From the NCBI RefSeq assembly GCF_009914755.1, contig NC_060925.1: a DNA stretch of 64,000 bases; one strand, 5' to 3'. Source of the stretch: the human T2T-CHM13v2.0 reference genome, Homo sapiens. Positions within the stretch are counted from its first letter, which is position 1, and each line of letters begins with the position of its first letter. Shown piece by piece: positions 1-12,645 of this stretch. Below the pieces are notes generated by a model. That model worked only from the letters and a program-made list of their open reading frames with translations, did no database searches and was not told the DNA's origin. The translations under genes and the position numbers were made by a program.

Positions 1-535
1 GGACTATAAATCATGCTGCTATAAAGACACATGCACACGTATGTTTATTGCGGCATTATTCACAATAGCAAAGACTTGGAACCAACCCAAATGTCCAACA
101 ATGATAGACTCGATTAAGAAAATGTGGCACATATACACCATGGAATACTATGCAGCCATAAAAAATGATGAGTTCATGTCCTTTGTAGGGACATGGATGA
201 AATTGGAAATCATCATTCTCAGTAAACTATCGCAAGAACAAAAAACCAAACACCGCATATTCTCACTCATAGGTGGGAATTGAACAATGAGATCACATGG
301 ACACAGGAAGGGGAACATCACACTCTGGGGACTGTTGTGGGGTAGGGGGAGGGGGGAGGGATAGCACTGGGAGATATACCTAATGCTAGATGACCAGTTA
401 GTGGGTGCAGCGCACCAGCATGGCACATGTATACATATGTAACTAACCTGCACAATGTGCACATGTACCCTAAAACTTAAAGTATAATAAAAAAAAAAGG
501 AGCAACATGAAAAAAAAAAAAAAAAACAAAAAAAA
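1..535 (+). mobile_element. Young primate LINE-1 (L1PA2-4-like) 3' end: ORF2 C-terminus, 3'UTR, poly(A); continues beyond the window start
   Basis: ORF 41-283 is the L1 ORF2 C-terminus (MFIAALFTIAKTWNQPKCP...SLIGGN). G-rich 3'UTR tract, then ...CCCTAAAACTTAAAGTATAAT and A-tail. Lacks the L1HS-Ta ACA/G diagnostics. Confidence 0.95.
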
Positions 536-1583
536 CCATAAAAACAATGTGGCTCCATTAGAAGGATCTACTTGGCTATATGGACCAAATCCTACGTGAA
601 TGAATTTAAATTTGCTACTAGGCACTGCTGTAAATTGTCTAGTGAAGATGGATTGTTTTGGAGCCTCCCCGATCTGAGCTCAAAGAATCCTTTCCTGATG
701 CAATAATTCAGACCACAAGAACAGCATATTACTGTATATGTCCCCAAACTGATACAGTGCTGGGCTCAGGAAAAAGCTACACACACACAGAGCACATTTT
801 ATGACATCCAGTACTTCTAACTTTTCTTTCTTCTCTTAGACAGATGTAATTTGTGCCTTGGTGTGAATTCAAGTCAATAAAGTACATTATGAAGGTAATA
901 TTTGTTCATCAATGATGACTAAATGTACAAGGAAAAACTTCGATTACCTTTCCTCCTTATAACGTTTCATGCATCATAGAAGGAACTGGGAGATAGCATG
1001 GTTAAACATCTATACCACAGTTTCTCCTACTGAGCAAATTAGTCCCCTTTGCAAGAGACAGAATTGCAACCTAAAGGGAAGCAAAAAGTAAGTGTGTTCT
1101 GGAAATTAAGCCCTGTCAAGAAAGACATTTTTCTGTTCTTCTTGATGTCTGAAAAACTATAATAAAGACATTTTCCTATTAAGTCTCTGGGAAATTCGTT
1201 CTGAGCTATACACAGAACAACTAAAAAACCATGATTTTGGTTGCTACAGTTCATTTGTCAGTCCAATGTTAGTTCTGATTTTTTACCTTTGGAAATCCAT
1301 AATCACATCCCTGGACTTCCAGCAAGAGAGTCTACTGGCTTTAGTGAGCAAGAAGGTAGATTTTTACGTATTTATTTGACACTGCTCTTTGAGTTACTTC
1401 CATTTTCTTCCCGGTGCTAAAAGAGATGAAAGTAAATTCTTTCAGGGGAGTTGTGGATCTGGCTTGGTGGTTTTTAAAAAGAGACAAGGGACTTGTGAGA
1501 AGCAAAGGGAAAGGGAGATGGAGCTGGGGAGAGTACGGGCTGGAGTGGAAGGCTGCAGCAAGACTGAGGGCGCTGGGACACCT

Positions 1584-1623
1584 CCAGTCACAAACCAGCC
1601 CAGTCACAAACCAGCCCAGTCAC
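1584..1623. repeat. 16-bp tandem duplication (CCAGTCACAAACCAGC x2.5)
   Basis: Directly visible perfect repeat. Confidence 0.9.
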
Positions 1624-4600
1624 CATCAAAGCTGAGCCCAAATTTCCCTCTGTGTCTGTTATTATGAAGGCACATGTGATATGTGCCATTTTCAATACTG
1701 AAATGAAAATGGTTAAAAAGATTATTTTATAAATCTCAAAAGCAAATTATCCTCCCCTTATTTTTTAAACCATAAATCGCATTCACTTTTTCTTAATAAA
1801 ATTAAAAAATTTTAAAACAAAAGAGAAAAGTCTCTCCAAACATGCACAAAATCCAAACTCTAAATCTTACGATGCTGGAAACAAGGTTGAACAACATGAG
1901 AAATCATTCTAACAGCTGTTTCTATACATGAGCTATTAAGGAGGGAATCTCATGGTGTCACTTAAACAGCTGTCATATTGAGGAAAAGTGAATGTACCCA
2001 TTGATGTAATGCTCCTGGGAGGTGGGAGGAGTCCTGGGTTCTTTGAGAAGAGAGGGGAGAAGGGTCAGGGAGGTATGACTCTGACCTGCGAACAGTGGTT
2101 GAATTGTTTAGAATGTTGATTCAGGATCCTACAAAGATCCCATTATCCCTATTCTCAGGTTGATTGTACACCTGACAAATGGTAGCAGCAACATTACCAG
2201 ACCTGAGAGAGTTCTGTAGCTCTCTAATGTGTGCCAGTATTGGGTCTGATAGTCTCTCTCTTCTCTCTCTCTCTCTCTTTCATTCTCCTATTTTGATAGC
2301 TGCCTGCTGTTTAAGCAAAGCCCTGAGTTTCCTGACAGCTGATGCCCAGGTGGTCTCAGTATCAATCTAAACAATTTGACGTGAAATTGATCTTCCAGGG
2401 TCGGTGCTAGGGGAGCTGGTGTCAACACAGAATTCCAGCTTCAGTAAAGATAATTCTTTCATCATCAAGGGCAAGGGGAGGGAGGACTAAGAAGAGCTGA
2501 CACAGGTGTCCAAGTTGCCCACTTGTATTTGCTTTTGAAACTCTCATTGTGATGACATCACCCTATCAAAGGACTGTGTTTGTTGATGTTTGTTTATGTG
2601 GGTTGTCAGTATATAACCATGCACAATTACAGCTGGGATCAACCCACTATATTAAAAAGATGGAAAAATTGAACCACAAAAGGAACTATTTGAGCAGAGA
2701 AATGTTGATGGAAGCAAACAGGGAAAGTGCACCCTGGATGGAAATTTCCATAGTTTTAAAAACAATCTGGACAGTGTGGACAGATGAGTGGCTCAGAAAA
2801 ATACATATAGTTGACTCTCAATTGTGCCTACCAATAAAATCCCACTAATACAATAGGTTATCCAGAAATAATTTTCTCTTTAGTTTTTCAAATCGATACG
2901 TAAATTTTCTTGGAAGCAGACTTGCTTTGTTAACTATGTTTGGCTTAGGATTCACTTGGCTTGGCTTTGGCACTTCATTAATCTTTTGGGGCAGTATATA
3001 AGTTCAAAATAGAAGTCACAGTGACCTTTGTGTTTGCCTGAATCTAGGGTTGTCAATGGAAAGGGAAAAAAAATCTTTGTAGGAGAAAATAAGTAATACT
3101 CATGAGTTTAGTTTGGTGGCATGAATAGGGGCATTTCTTTCTTGAATCTCACTGAGTTGGAACGGCTGGAAATGAGGAGTGAACCAGAGCTGCCATGCAG
3201 GATAACACTAATCCTTTGCCTATCAGAGTTGTCCTGAGATTAGGCTAGATCTTACAATCACTACGAAAACTTATTGGAAAGTGAAAAACTTAGATAAGCA
3301 ACTGCTTCTTCAGTTTCTGTAATAGTAGAATGAGTTGATGTTGGAGAGACCCAGACTTTTCCACTTAAAGAGTGTTCTGAAAACTTATCAGCCTATAAAG
3401 ATGAAAACAATCTACATTTAAAATGCCAGTCCAATGCATTATAGAGCATTTTCTAGTTTAGAGCAATGTGAAATTAGAGTTTGCAAATGTATAGGCTCTG
3501 CAGAGTGGTGGAAGAGTTGGGCACCAGCAGTGGAAGTCCCAGTGTCCCAGTCCTGCTCTGTGATTTTGTGCGGGCTGAAGTTGAATATGCAAACTCTTTA
3601 AGTGACTTTATCCTTGAAATACAAAGGAAATAATAAAGAACACTACGGTAAGACTCTCACTAAGGTGACTGGGAATTGATGGTTGAGCATGTTGAAGAAT
3701 TAAATAGGAACAATGGTCGAGGTCTCATTTCTATGCAAGAGGTAAAAAAACGCTTTAAAGTGTTTAGAGAGGTAAAACAAATTACTAAACTTGAGTTCAA
3801 ACCTACACCAGCCGAACCTTCCCAGAGACGTTTCCCAAAGCATGGTGAAAAAACATTTTGGGTAAGGGGACTAAATTCATCTCACTTCTCTACTCCAAAC
3901 AGTGACCCTTCACACATCAAACATGAGCTTTTCCAACCCAACCTAGAGAGTACTAGAAGCCAGAATATTGGGTGAGCTACCTGACAAATAAGATAATTTT
4001 CATAATGCAATTCTGTTCTGGTAAGAGATGAAAACTGTAGCTTCTCAGCACTTTACCTGATTTCTTCATCTAATCTGTCATCCACTAAGAAAGTTGCATC
4101 ACAGTTTGTCAATACAGGAAAATCCATTTGATAAATCAATCTTGCTGTAGTACTGAATGTTTTCCACTGATCACTACTTTACCGAGGACTTGAACTAGAG
4201 CTGTAAGTATTTTAGATCTGTTGTGTTCAAGTGCCTTTGTTCTTCATATGTATATAATAAAATGTACTAATGTCTTATTTAGTATCATAAAGATATAAAA
4301 TATGCAATCTAAGGCAACACTTCAGATAACTTGTTTACCATTCTATGCTAGAATCAAGTTCAGTTCTTGGCAAGCAGTGGATGTTCAAAGTAAGCAATTC
4401 AAACATGTTCTTTTAACAGCATGAGTTGTTTTTAATCTTAATCATTTTATTACATACATTTCAAGGACCAGGGCACTCTAAATATAATTTCATGTTTTAG
4501 CAGTATATCAAGTTTACAGGGAAAGCCTCAATCATTTAATTGTGCTGTAGTGATGATGCCTTCAGAGACAGCATTGAGGAGTGTAAAGCAATTTTTCCCT

Positions 4601-7600
4601 ACACTAGATGGTCCCTTCCTAACATCAGCCTCAGTAAGCTTGTTTCTCTCAGGTTCTGCTTCTCTCCATTCATCATCCATTCATTCCACAAATATTTATT
4701 GAGCCCTTATCTTGTATTATATCAGGCATTAAAGTTACAAAATGCCTAGAAGCTTTATTCCTGTGGAGAAAGGTGCTTGCACTTTATAACAATTTTCTAT
4801 GCTGCTCAGAAACTCTGTTAACTTATGTATGATGTTATGTTTGTTTTCTAAATGACTGAGGTTTCTAGATTTCCAAATTGTAGGTTAGTGGGGCGTCAGT
4901 GAAGCTAATCGTCCTGCTTTATATCTTTACTCAGTGCTGGCATTTTCTCTCCATCATGTTTTATGTCTTTGTTTCTAAGGACCAATAGCCAGGAGACAGT
5001 AAAGACTTTCCCTTACTTGATAGTGCTGATCCTGAAGGTATATCTCAAAAATATTCTGGGTTGGTGGGAAATTATAACAGAGTAGGATTTGATTTTTTAA
5101 AAGCCTCAGGGACCACATTCATGTAGCTCAAAGAGTACAAGCCTAGCTCTTTCCAAATGTTTGCTATGATTTCATTCTCAGTGATGTGTGTCTGCTCAAA
5201 TCAATGCCATTTTGCTGTCACGCTTGCACCCAATTCATGCTATGCCCCGACAGGAGGTGCATGCAACAGTATTGAGGGACTAGACAAATTTGAAACAGCC
5301 CATTGCCCATTAACTAGTTTTACAAACAACAATGAAACAGGAAATAACAAAGCATGATCCTTGAATTAGTACCTCAGCAAAAATACTCAAGAGTTTTTCC
5401 ACAGTCTGTAAATTGCTCCAGCTGTGTTTTCACAGTTTATGAAATTGAGAGAGGCAAACTCTAGAGACAAATTAAAACCTTGGATCTGGTCAGAGATGAT
5501 TTTACAGTAAAGGTGTTTGGTTATATGGCATAGTCTATAGATGCACACAGAACTATAAGCCAAACTCTACTGAAAATACAATTTATCTTATACATTGTCC
5601 ATCCGGAGGGATAAGAACTGGTATATATCAAAACACATATCGATCCAGATAATGAGGTCTGTTTTATTGCTATGTTTTACCAGGAGAGGATGAGGGTATA
5701 ATATTTTATTATGAAACAACTAATAGAAGGAACAGAAAAACACGTGGAGATGACCTTACTTTGGAACAAAATGAACAGTGGATAAGGAGTGCCACCTTTT
5801 GGCTATTGCATGCTTTGACAGTTTCCAAGTTCAAGTGGATTTTGGCTTGGTTAATATTGAGCTTTGCAATTCAATTCTGAAATGTTTCTAAAAGTTCTTT
5901 TCCAGGTATCTTTGGGTCTCATCCTGCTTGAAATGAGCCTTCACAGAATTCCCCAGGTTCTTCCCAGTTAGTTACTGCCCAGAAGGTTAATGCTAGTCAT
6001 TACTGCTCACTATTGCTCCCCAGAGCACCAACGATGTAGCCAGGAAACCAGGAGAATATTGAAAAACAGAGTACATTTTAAAATCACAATGCACTTCTGG
6101 TTGGGTTGGTACAGAAGGAATGAATAGACAGTCTAATTGATCTAGCACAGTCCTTAGAGTCTAATAGCCCTGAACTTAACCCAAACTATGACATTTTGGA
6201 ATAGATTTATGGTACCTAGTTGGGCCTGTGCAGAGTTTTCCACAGAAATAAATTAAACATACATGTAACACAAATAGCACACAGGTATGCATGCATGTCA
6301 CTGAGACTCCCCACCTCGAGAAAATCTAAAAATAGCTGCATTGGTGCCCTCTAACTGTGTCAAAATGGAAAGATTTTGGAAACTAAAAATTGACCAGACA
6401 TGGGTCACCACACCATGGAGGGATAGGAAATAAAACTCCTAGTTTCTCATTCTCCAGAATAGGAGCTTCAAAAGAACACAATGAAAAAGAGTTATCATTT
6501 CTATCCCAAACATGGCAAAGATAGTTAAAGAAGCTAAGATTTTAAAAGTCTTCCCTGTAGAAGCCTTTCCTGAATGCTCCAGAGATTTCTACTACCATTG
6601 ACAGCTTCACAAAAGGAAGCAACAACTCTTTGAGGTCCTCCTGCCTGGATAGTAACATAAACATGCTCTATATGTTCCAAGTCCTGCACTTTGCCTAAGC
6701 AATAGTCACGTTTCCTTCACCTTGTCCTCGGGGTTTGCTAAATTCCTACCGCAGGTTCATGTGCCTTGTCCCTACAGAGTCCTACAAGGAAAACAAAAGA
6801 GTTGCAGCTTAAAAAAAAAAAAAAAAAAAAAGTCCCTGTCTTCCTCACCCCATGAGATAAATCAAAGAACCAAACAAGACAAGGTATAATTGAGTGCTGA
6901 GATGCTGAATATAACCCAAACAAATAACAGGCTGGGAGGACCTACGTAAGTGTTTGGCACACATCACACATTCAGAAAATGTTAATTTGCCTTTCCTTTT
7001 TTCCTTCCTTATGGTAACAATGACTTCCTGATCCACCTTTGTCTATGAAGCTTGGCTGCCACGCATGAGTCTCACTTTGATGGACAGTTATTGACAGGTC
7101 TTCTTCTGAGAATTACTGTTCTGTGAATTCTTACCAAGTGACACTGATAGGAAATTTCACAGCAAAGTTCCCGGAGGTCAGCCCTCTTCCTAATGATGCT
7201 GAGCAGGACTGACAAGCCATGTTGTCTCCACAAGGGCAGAGCCCAGACGCCTGAGTCACCCCTGCCTGATCAACCTTACAGGCTGTACACACAGTGACAC
7301 AACCAGGGAGAAGTAGGAAAATGGGCAGTTCCCTTTACCTTAATTCCGTCATGTTTTTACAGTATGTTCTTGCTGATCAAGCCAATTCAAGCCTGACAAA
7401 AAAGGAGAGGACCTGATCAAGAGTTTGTCTAGATTTTGTTCACTCACGGTCATCAAAAAGGCCTCCTTGGGCCAGCACTGCCTCCACATTCACAGGTCCA
7501 GGCCATGGCCCCGTGAGGTGGTGGAAAACTGGGCTCACAGTCAGCATGAACCCCACAATCAGCCCAGAGTGCATGATGTGCCTGGAAATCCATTGAAGAA

Positions 7601-8080
7601 AATCCACTTGTTGACCCCACAATAACTAATGAAGCTGAACTGCAGAAAGGTAATATCAGTGTCTAAACCCAGAAACAAATTTTCTTAGCCTGCCAGCAGA
7701 ATGGAAGGAACTGATAGGAGAAATTTGGGGAAATAAAGATAAAGATATCTTCTGAGAGGCTGGCAGTCTGAGAGGGGCCAGAAGTGTAAGAAAAGATATA
7801 ATAAAAGCCTGGGCACAACAGATACAAATGTTGTAAACCAGTTAGAAATAATAATTCTAAAAATTCTCCAAAAGCTATCATTTTAAAAACTGCAAGACAA
7901 AGTAATGTGTTAATAACTGAAAATATTTCTAATTATAATTATTTACCTTTATTTTGTGCTTTATAGTTCTATACAATTTTACATCTTTTATCTTATTTGT
8001 TCCTCCCAACCAAACATGGAAGTTGGGCAAGTAAAACAGTTAGTAAAGTTGGCATTTACAGGTTAAGAGACCAAGGTTTC

Positions 8081-8460
8081 AGCCAAGTGTGGTGGCTCAT
8101 ACCTGTAACCCCCAGCACTTTGAGAGGCCAAAATGGGTGGCCTCCTGTGGCTTAAGTCCAGGAGTTTGACACCAGCCTGGGCAACATGATAAAACCCCAT
8201 CTCTACAAAAAATACAAAAAGTTAGCTGGGTGTGGTGATGCATGCCTGTAGCAGCTACTTGGGAGGCTGAGGTGGGAGGATTGCTTGAGCCTGGGAGCTG
8301 GATGCTGCAATGAGCCAAGACCATGCCACTCTACTCAGCCTGGGTGACAGAGCAAGGCTCTGTCTCAAAAAGAAAAAAAAAAAGAAAAAAGAAAAGCAAA
8401 GGAAGGAAAGGAAAGGAAAAAGGAAAAGGAAAGGAAAGAAAAAGAAAAGAAAAAAGAAAC
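8081..8460 (+). mobile_element. AluJ-like SINE with GAAA/GGAAA-expanded tail
   Basis: Dimeric Alu; GGAGGATTGCTTGAGCC right arm (J-type); purine-rich tail 8367-8460. Confidence 0.9.
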
Positions 8461-9464
8461 CAAGGTTTCAAGAAGTGTCTTGACTAGAGTTGCACAGCTG
8501 ATGAGTGTGCAGGTGTGGAACAGAAACAGGGTTCCGTACTTAGATTCCATCACTTTTATTTTTCAATATTTACATATCCTGGAAAAGGCAAACAAGCCTA
8601 AGGTTGCCTTTCTCAGGTGTAGTTAAAATAGATGGCCAAAAAAGACTCAGCCAGACTGAAGCCAATGTTGTTAATACTCTCCCCCTCCACCCCCTCCAAA
8701 ACGAAGTACAGTAGTAAGGGTAGGAGATCGAAGGAGAACAATTGAGTCACAGCCACTTGCCAAGGAACCAAAGCCAAATAATTTTTTTTTTTTGGATGGG
8801 ACTTTGTTCGGCACCTAAAACATAACAAACTAACCATTAATTTTTATTAAATTCTGTTTTTTTTAATTCGTGAATTTTATTCCAAATGAAAATGTGAACT
8901 TTTTAGCAAAAATAGGAAATTTCATATCACTGTATTATTATTCTCTAAAGGAACAAACTTCACCTATGGAGAAATGATGCACTATTTACTTCAAATGTGC
9001 TACAATAAAATTATAGACAAGTATAGATTATGGGTCACATTAGAAGCAACCTGCCCTTTTAGAACATTGAGATAGAAAAATTCTCTAATTTTATGACCAA
9101 GAGAAGAAGAACCATTTTAGAATAAATTAATAATAAAAGTTATTGAAAAAATGGAAGTTGTTAGCAAGTTGAAGAAATAAGATGCAGAATTATTAATTAT
9201 CACATTCTTTGGAAAATAAGTGTGCTATTAAAGAGTGCCTTAAGGCTATAATATCAAGACCAAAGAAAAAGGTAGTGGAGGGAAAAATGGCCATTTACTT
9301 CATTTCTAAATTTAAAAGGAGTTCTGCTATTGCTGGTATCAGGAGATTAATATAGCTGTCAGTGTGATCATTCTCAGAAAGCTGGCTTATTTCCAACTGG
9401 AACTGACATATTCAAGATATAATAATGGTTTCTGGCTTCCTAACTAATTTGGTCTTGGCTCTAT

Positions 9465-10614
9465 TTTTTAAACAGACATTTTTTAAAGAATAGTTTTAGA
9501 TTTACAGGAAAATTTTAAAGATAGTAAAGAGAGTTCTCATATATTCCACATCCAATTTCCTCTATTATTAATAGCTTACATTAGTATGGTACATTTCTTA
9601 TAATTAATGAGCCAATATTGATACATTATTATTATCTAAAGTCTTTATCAGATTTCCTTCATTTGTCTTTCCCTAATGTCTGTTTCTTTTCCACAGCCTA
9701 GCCAAGATGCCACATTGCATTTAGTTGTCATGTCTCCATAGGCTTCTCTTGGCTGTGACTGTTTCTCAGGCTTTCCTTATTTTTGATGACTTTGAAAGTT
9801 TTGAGAGTACTGGTTGAGGATTTAATAGAACATGCCCCAATTGGGATTTGTCTGATGTTTTTCTCATAATTAAACGAGTTATGGGTTTTAGAAAAGAAGA
9901 CCACAGAGGTAAAGTGCCATTTTCATCACATCGTACCAAGGGTACATACTATCGTCATGATTTATGACTGTTGATGCTGACTTTGAACACCAGGCTGAGG
10001 TAGTGTTTGTCAGCTTCCTCCACTGTAAAGTTATTCTCCACTCCCTGACCCTTTCTAGACTGTACTCTTTGGAGGGAAAGGCACTATGTACGTCCCACGC
10101 TTAAGGAGTAAAGAAGCATGCCCTCCTGTAGAGGCAGAATATCTACATAATTTATTTGAAATTCTTCTGCAAGAGAGATTTGTCTCTTCTCTCTTATTTA
10201 CGTATTTATTCACACATTTACTTATATCAGTATGGACTCATGAATATTTATTTCATACTCTGCATTATAATTCAACACTCTTATACTTATTTATTTATTT
10301 ATTTATCTGTGCTCAAAATGTTCCAGCTTTGGCTATTGGGAGCTCTTTGAGTTGGCCTTCCTGTCCTTTTAACATATCCCCCATCAACACAGGGATTTTT
10401 GGGATTTTGTTTGATTGGTTTGTTGGCTGGTTAGTTGGTTGGGTTTGGGGTTTTTTAGTATTTCCTTACTTTCTGGCACTACAAGATAGTTCAGCCTCAT
10501 CTTGTATATAGTTCAGGCTCATCTCCTATATTTTCTATCAAGTTCTAGAATCAGCCTTTTCTCCAAGTAGCCCTGCTACTTTTTCTTAGGAAATGGTATT
10601 AGAAACCAAGATCT
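9465..10614 (-). mobile_element. Old L1 (L1MC/L1MD-like) 3' region; resumes briefly at ~12045-12095
   Basis: Resembles recalled L1MC/MD 3'UTR (TAGTTTTAGATTTACAG...GAGCCAATATTGATACATTATTAT); interrupted at AGAAACCAAGATCT. Confidence 0.65.
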
Positions 10615-11960
10615 AGTATAACCCCCAATGCATAGACACTAAAAATAAAAATAAACAAATGGGATTACATTAAACTGAAAACCATCTGCAGGCTGGGTAT
10701 GGTGGCTCATGCCTATAATCCTAGCATTTTGGGAGGTCAAGACTGCAGTGAGCTGTGATTATACCATTGCATTCCAGCCTGGGTGACAGAGAGGAAGGAA
10801 GGAAGGAAGGAAGAAAGGAAGGAGGAAAGCTTCTGCACAGCAAATTAAACTATCAACAAAATGAAGAGACAACCTATGGAATGGGAAAAATATTTGCAAA
10901 CCATACATCTGGATAAGGGATTAATAGCCAAAATATATTAGGAACTCATATGACTCTACAGTAACAAAATAAATAATCCCACTAAAAATGGGCAAAGTAT
11001 CTGAATAAACATATTTCAAAAGATTATATACAAATGGCCATATGAATATGTTTTAAAATGCTCAACATCACTAATCATCAGGGAAACACAAATTAAAACC
11101 ACTATGAGATATCACCTCATACCTGTTAGAATGACTATTATCAAAAAGAGGAAAGATAACAAGTATTAGAAAGGATGTGGGTAAAAGGGAACTCTGCACA
11201 CTGTTGGGAATGTAAATTATACAGCCATTACAGAAAACAGTATAAAGCTTCCTCAAAAATTAAAAAGAGAAATATCATATGATTTAGTAATCCGACTCCT
11301 AGGTATATACCCAAAGGAAAATCAGTATGTTGAAAAAATGTCTGCACTCTTGTGTTCACTGCAACATTATTCACAATAGCCAAGATATGGAATCAACCTA
11401 AATGTCAATCAGTGGATGAATGGATTTTTAAAATGTGGTATATATACACAATAGAACACTATTCAGCCTTAAAAAAAAAAGGAAGGCCTGTCATTTGTGA
11501 CAACATGGATGAACCTGGAGGATATTATTAAATTAAATAATCCAGACACAGAAAGACACAAACTACATTATCTCACTTATATGTGGAATCTAAAAAAGTT
11601 AAACTCATAGAAGCAGCAAGTAGAATGGTGGTTGCCAGAGGCCGAGTGTCTGTGAGAGGGAGGCGATTGGAGAGATGTTAATCAAAGGTCACAAAGTTTC
11701 AGTTAAACAGGAGGAATAAATTCAAGAAATCTATTGTACAACATGGTGAATATATTATAGTTAATAGCAATGTATTGTATACTTGAGAATTGCTAAGAGA
11801 GTAGATTTTAAGTGTTCTCATCACAAATAGATAAGTGAGGTGATGCATATGTTAATTAGCTTGATTTAACCATTCCACAATGTATACATATTTCAAAACA
11901 TAATGTTCTATGCCATAAGTATATATAATTCTTATTTGTCAACTAAGTAAGTAAGTAAAT
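10615..11960 (+). mobile_element. L1MA-type LINE-1 3' fragment inserted in the older L1
   Basis: Degenerate ORF2 3' sequence (ACCACTATGAGATATCACCTCATACCTGTTAGAATG) and L1MA-type 3'UTR ending ...TTATTTGTCAACTAAG. Confidence 0.85.
10691..10826 (+). mobile_element. Internally deleted Alu (left-arm 5' end fused to right-arm 3' end) with (GGAA)n tail
   Basis: GGCTGGGTATGGTGGCTCATGCC...TTTGGGAGG joined directly to TCAAGACTGCAGTGAGC...GACAGAG. Confidence 0.8.
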
Positions 11961-12129
11961 AAGTAGAAATGGTCAAAGAGCAGAAGCAGACAATTCACAG
12001 GAGAAACAAAGAATGAATGTGGAGAAAAGAAAAAAAAAATAAAAGAAACAAGACCCGAAAAGTAGGTATACTCCTTGCTACTGGGGTGATCTGGCTCTAT
12101 GTTAAATGTTAATTATGGAATTTTTTAAA

Positions 12130-12645
12130 AAATTTATTGAACACTCCCTATTTGTCTGGAACTATATTGAACACCCTGCCATGAGTACTATGCTCATGGT
12201 TTTTCTTTCATGGGGCTTACATTTTACTGGGGTTTAAGTTTTTTAAAAAGTAGGTAAATTAGTTTATTAGAAAGTAATAAATACTCTTGAAAACTAAAGT
12301 CTGGAAGGAGAATGGGAAGGAATGCCGTTTTAAATAGAGTGATCAGAGAAGGCCTCTGCTGAGAATGGTAAGGGGAACTGAAAGAGTCATATGGGTTTTT
12401 GGGGTAGAAACATTTCAGGAGAGGAAACAGCTAGTGCAAAGACCCTGAGGCAGGAGCATGCCTAGTATATGCGCAGAACAGAAATGAAACAGGATGTTCC
12501 TGGATGAAAAAGAAGAAAGTTATAAAGGGTGAAGTCAGTAAAAGTCATGGCATGATGCTGCAAGGGGTGGGAAGAAGGTACAAATCATGTTGAATAAGTA
12601 GGCCATTGTGAGGGCTTTGGCTTTTGCTCTAAGAAATATGGGGGG
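12130..12645. mobile_element. L2 LINE fragment
   Basis: ATTTATTGAACACTCCCTA, GTGCAAAGACCCTGAGGCAGGA, GGCCATTGTGAGGGCTTTGGCTTTT typical of the L2 3' region. Confidence 0.6.

Noticed and set aside
6809-6831. Isolated poly(A) runs (also 31772-31797) as retro-insertions
   Set aside because: No TSD or element body detected.
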